A DNA stretch of 64,000 nt from Eubacteriales bacterium (GTDB lineage: Bacteria; Bacillota; Clostridia; Lachnospirales; Lachnospiraceae), in NCBI GenBank assembly GCA_030524785.1, contig JAUNFZ010000001.1, forward strand, positions 44,443 through 108,442. The letters run 5' to 3'. The translations under genes and the position numbers were made by a program. Numbering within the stretch: the stretch's first letter is position 1; every line of letters begins with the position of its first letter. Positions 62,584 to 64,000 of this stretch are shown here, piece after piece. The notes beneath the pieces were generated by a model that was not told the origin of the DNA, did not search any database, and saw nothing but the letters and a program-made list of their open reading frames with translations.

Positions 62584-63534
62584 ATGGAATTAATGCTTAC
62601 TCCCTGCACAGTGCAGACAGACAGCCGCGGCCGTGAGGTGACAGCTCACGGAACGCCTGCGTTTCCGCTGGGATGTTATTACGATAATTTGGAGACAGAG
62701 GAGGTTGCCTGGCATTGGCATGAGGAAATGGAAACCATTGTGGTGTCGGAGGGGGAGGTAGTAGCCAAAGCCGGCACGGAAAAGTATCTTCTCAGGCAGG
62801 GTGAGGGGATGTTTATCAACAGCGGCGTGCTTCATGCAATAAAGAATGTGGGAACAGGTTTCTGCAGTTTACATTCCTTTGTGTTTCACCCGAAGCTGGT
62901 GGCCGGCAGTATGGACAGTATTTTCTGGCAGAAGTATGTACAGCCTCTCAAAGAGGACGTATGCCTGAATAGTGCGGCATTTCGGCAAGGGACAGAATGG
63001 GGAGGAGAAGTATTAAAGCTTTTGGAAAGCGCCTGGCAGGCCTGTGCCAGAAAGAAGAACGGGTATGAATTTGATGTGCGCAGCAGTCTTTCAGAGATGA
63101 TATTTCTCCTGACACAGCACCGCCCATCGTCCCTGCCTGCGCCGTCGGAAAAGGAAGCGCGGGATGCAGAGCGCGTCAAGCGAATGTTGGAGTATATTCA
63201 TGTGCATTACAGCGACGCGCTTACCCTGCCCCAGATTGCCGCAAGCGCTGGTTTAAGCTCAAGTGAATGTCTGCGCTGTTTTCGGTCCACAATCGGCCTC
63301 GCGCCGATTCAGTATGTGAAGCAGTATCGGGTACAGCGGGCGGCGGAGATGCTGGTGGGAACGCCGGAAAAGATTGTGGATATAGCAATGCAGTGCGGTT
63401 TTCAGGATATGAGCTATTTCGCCAGAAGCTTCCGGGAGCTGAAGGGCTGTACGCCCTCCCGCTACCGGGAAATGATGAAACGCGAACAGAGTCAGAGCAT
63501 CTCAAGAAGTCGGGAGGCCGCAGGCGATATGTAG
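62584..63534 (+). CDS. AraC family transcriptional regulator (cupin plus HTH)
   Basis: 316 aa. N-terminal cupin-like WHWHEEMETIVV. C-terminal ...LTLPQIAASAGLSSSECLRCFRSTIGLAPIQYVKQYRVQRAAEML...DIAMQCGFQDMSYFARSFRELKGCTPSRYR. Confidence 0.9.
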   Translation: MELMLTPCTVQTDSRGREVTAHGTPAFPLGCYYDNLETEEVAWHWHEEMETIVVSEGEVVAKAGTEKYLLRQGEGMFINSGVLHAIKNVGTGFCSLHSFVFHPKLVAGSMDSIFWQKYVQPLKEDVCLNSAAFRQGTEWGGEVLKLLESAWQACARKKNGYEFDVRSSLSEMIFLLTQHRPSSLPAPSEKEARDAERVKRMLEYIHVHYSDALTLPQIAASAGLSSSECLRCFRSTIGLAPIQYVKQYRVQRAAEMLVGTPEKIVDIAMQCGFQDMSYFARSFRELKGCTPSRYREMMKREQSQSISRSREAAGDM

Positions 63535-64000
63535 CGGCTGCGGGCGGTTACAATGCAGAAATGGCGGGGCGGAACAGGAGAGGCAAGGGTAAGCGCAAAG
63601 AGTGTGCCGTTTTTCAGGTATTCCAGGGCAAAATCCTGCATAACGCAGCCGATGCCAAGATTTCTGGCGGCAAATTGAACAATCATATCGCTGGTTGCCA
63701 GTTCAAATTCTAATTGTGGTTTCACATGCTCCCGCTGCATCCACTCGTCCATTCCCCGCCGGGAGCTCGTGTTTTCCTCGAGGCAGATCAGAGGAAGGGA
63801 AGAAAGAGTAGCGCAGTCCAGGGTCTGTCCTTTCAGATAGGAAAAGCGGGAACCGGCCACAAAAATATCGCGGATTTCCCGCACCGGACGGGAGGAAAAA
63901 CCGTTTCCGTCAGGCAGAGGCGTGGAGACGACGCCGAAATCGATGCGCCCCTCCTCCAGATAGCGAAGCGTCTCCGGCGTGGGCGCGTTTGTTACGCTGA
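63492..64000 (-). CDS. LysR family transcriptional regulator, 5' end beyond the window
   Basis: The ORF track shows only 63492..63884. My translation of the same frame stays open to 64000 (...TPETLRYLEEGRIDFGVVSTPLP...). The C-terminus ...ARNLGIGCVMQDFALEYL... is a LysR effector domain. Its 3' end overlaps the AraC gene by 43 nt. Confidence 0.8.
   Translation of the reverse strand, partial: SVTNAPTPETLRYLEEGRIDFGVVSTPLPDGNGFSSRPVREIRDIFVAGSRFSYLKGQTLDCATLSSLPLICLEENTSSRRGMDEWMQREHVKPQLEFELATSDMIVQFAARNLGIGCVMQDFALEYLKNGTLFALTLASPVPPRHFCIVTARSRYISPAASRLLEML

Noticed and set aside
1-64000. tRNA, rRNA, tmRNA, RNase P, SRP RNA, transposases or prophage genes
   Set aside because: The intergenic regions are short and none shows cloverleaf-type or other recognisable RNA-gene signatures by eye. 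No ORF has recombinase or phage structural motifs. This cannot be fully excluded without covariance-model scans.

Overview
This is a 64-kb chromosomal window from a spore-forming Firmicute of class Clostridia. Gene content and roughly 50% GC look Lachnospiraceae-like, but I cannot verify that here.

**Layout**
- 1-13.9 kb: a partial SAM methyltransferase, then a complete S10-spc ribosomal-protein cluster (rpsJ through rplO, secY, adk, map, a KOW protein, infA). The cluster stops abruptly after infA; rpmJ-rpsM-rpsK-rpsD-rpoA-rplQ do not follow.
- 13.9-31.5 kb: T-box-controlled valS, addB-addA, a GtrA-YfhO fusion, an aminotransferase, murB, then rapZ-whiA and a Crh-like HPr with no yvcK.
- 31.7-35.3 kb: an unassigned 306-aa gene and a quinate/shikimate-type set (two AroE/YdiB paralogs plus type I aroD).
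- 35.3-45.2 kb: spoIIGA-sigE, separated from sigG by a liv-type ABC transporter, a Zn-ADH and luxS. Then ylmC/ymxH and nrdR.
- 45.2-50.7 kb: a tightly packed three-gene uncharacterised module (1175 aa, 381 aa, 265 aa). The 381-aa protein looks like a degenerate Hsp70/actin-fold protein.
- 50.8-53.0 kb: an amino-acid ABC transporter whose binding protein appears circularly permuted.
- 53.5-61.2 kb: purF, a 131-bp tandem repeat array, a low-GC restriction-modification-like island, then purB. The island holds a zinc-ribbon/HNH nuclease, a fused double SPP[Y/F] methyltransferase and a small HTH protein.
- 61.3-64 kb: an MFS transporter, an AraC regulator and a partial LysR regulator.

I saw no rRNA, tRNA, CRISPR array, transposase or integrase.

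**Best candidates for something new**
- The R-M-like island together with its adjoining repeat array.
- The three-gene module at 45.2-50.7 kb.

All homology statements come from motif recognition by eye. No searches were run.
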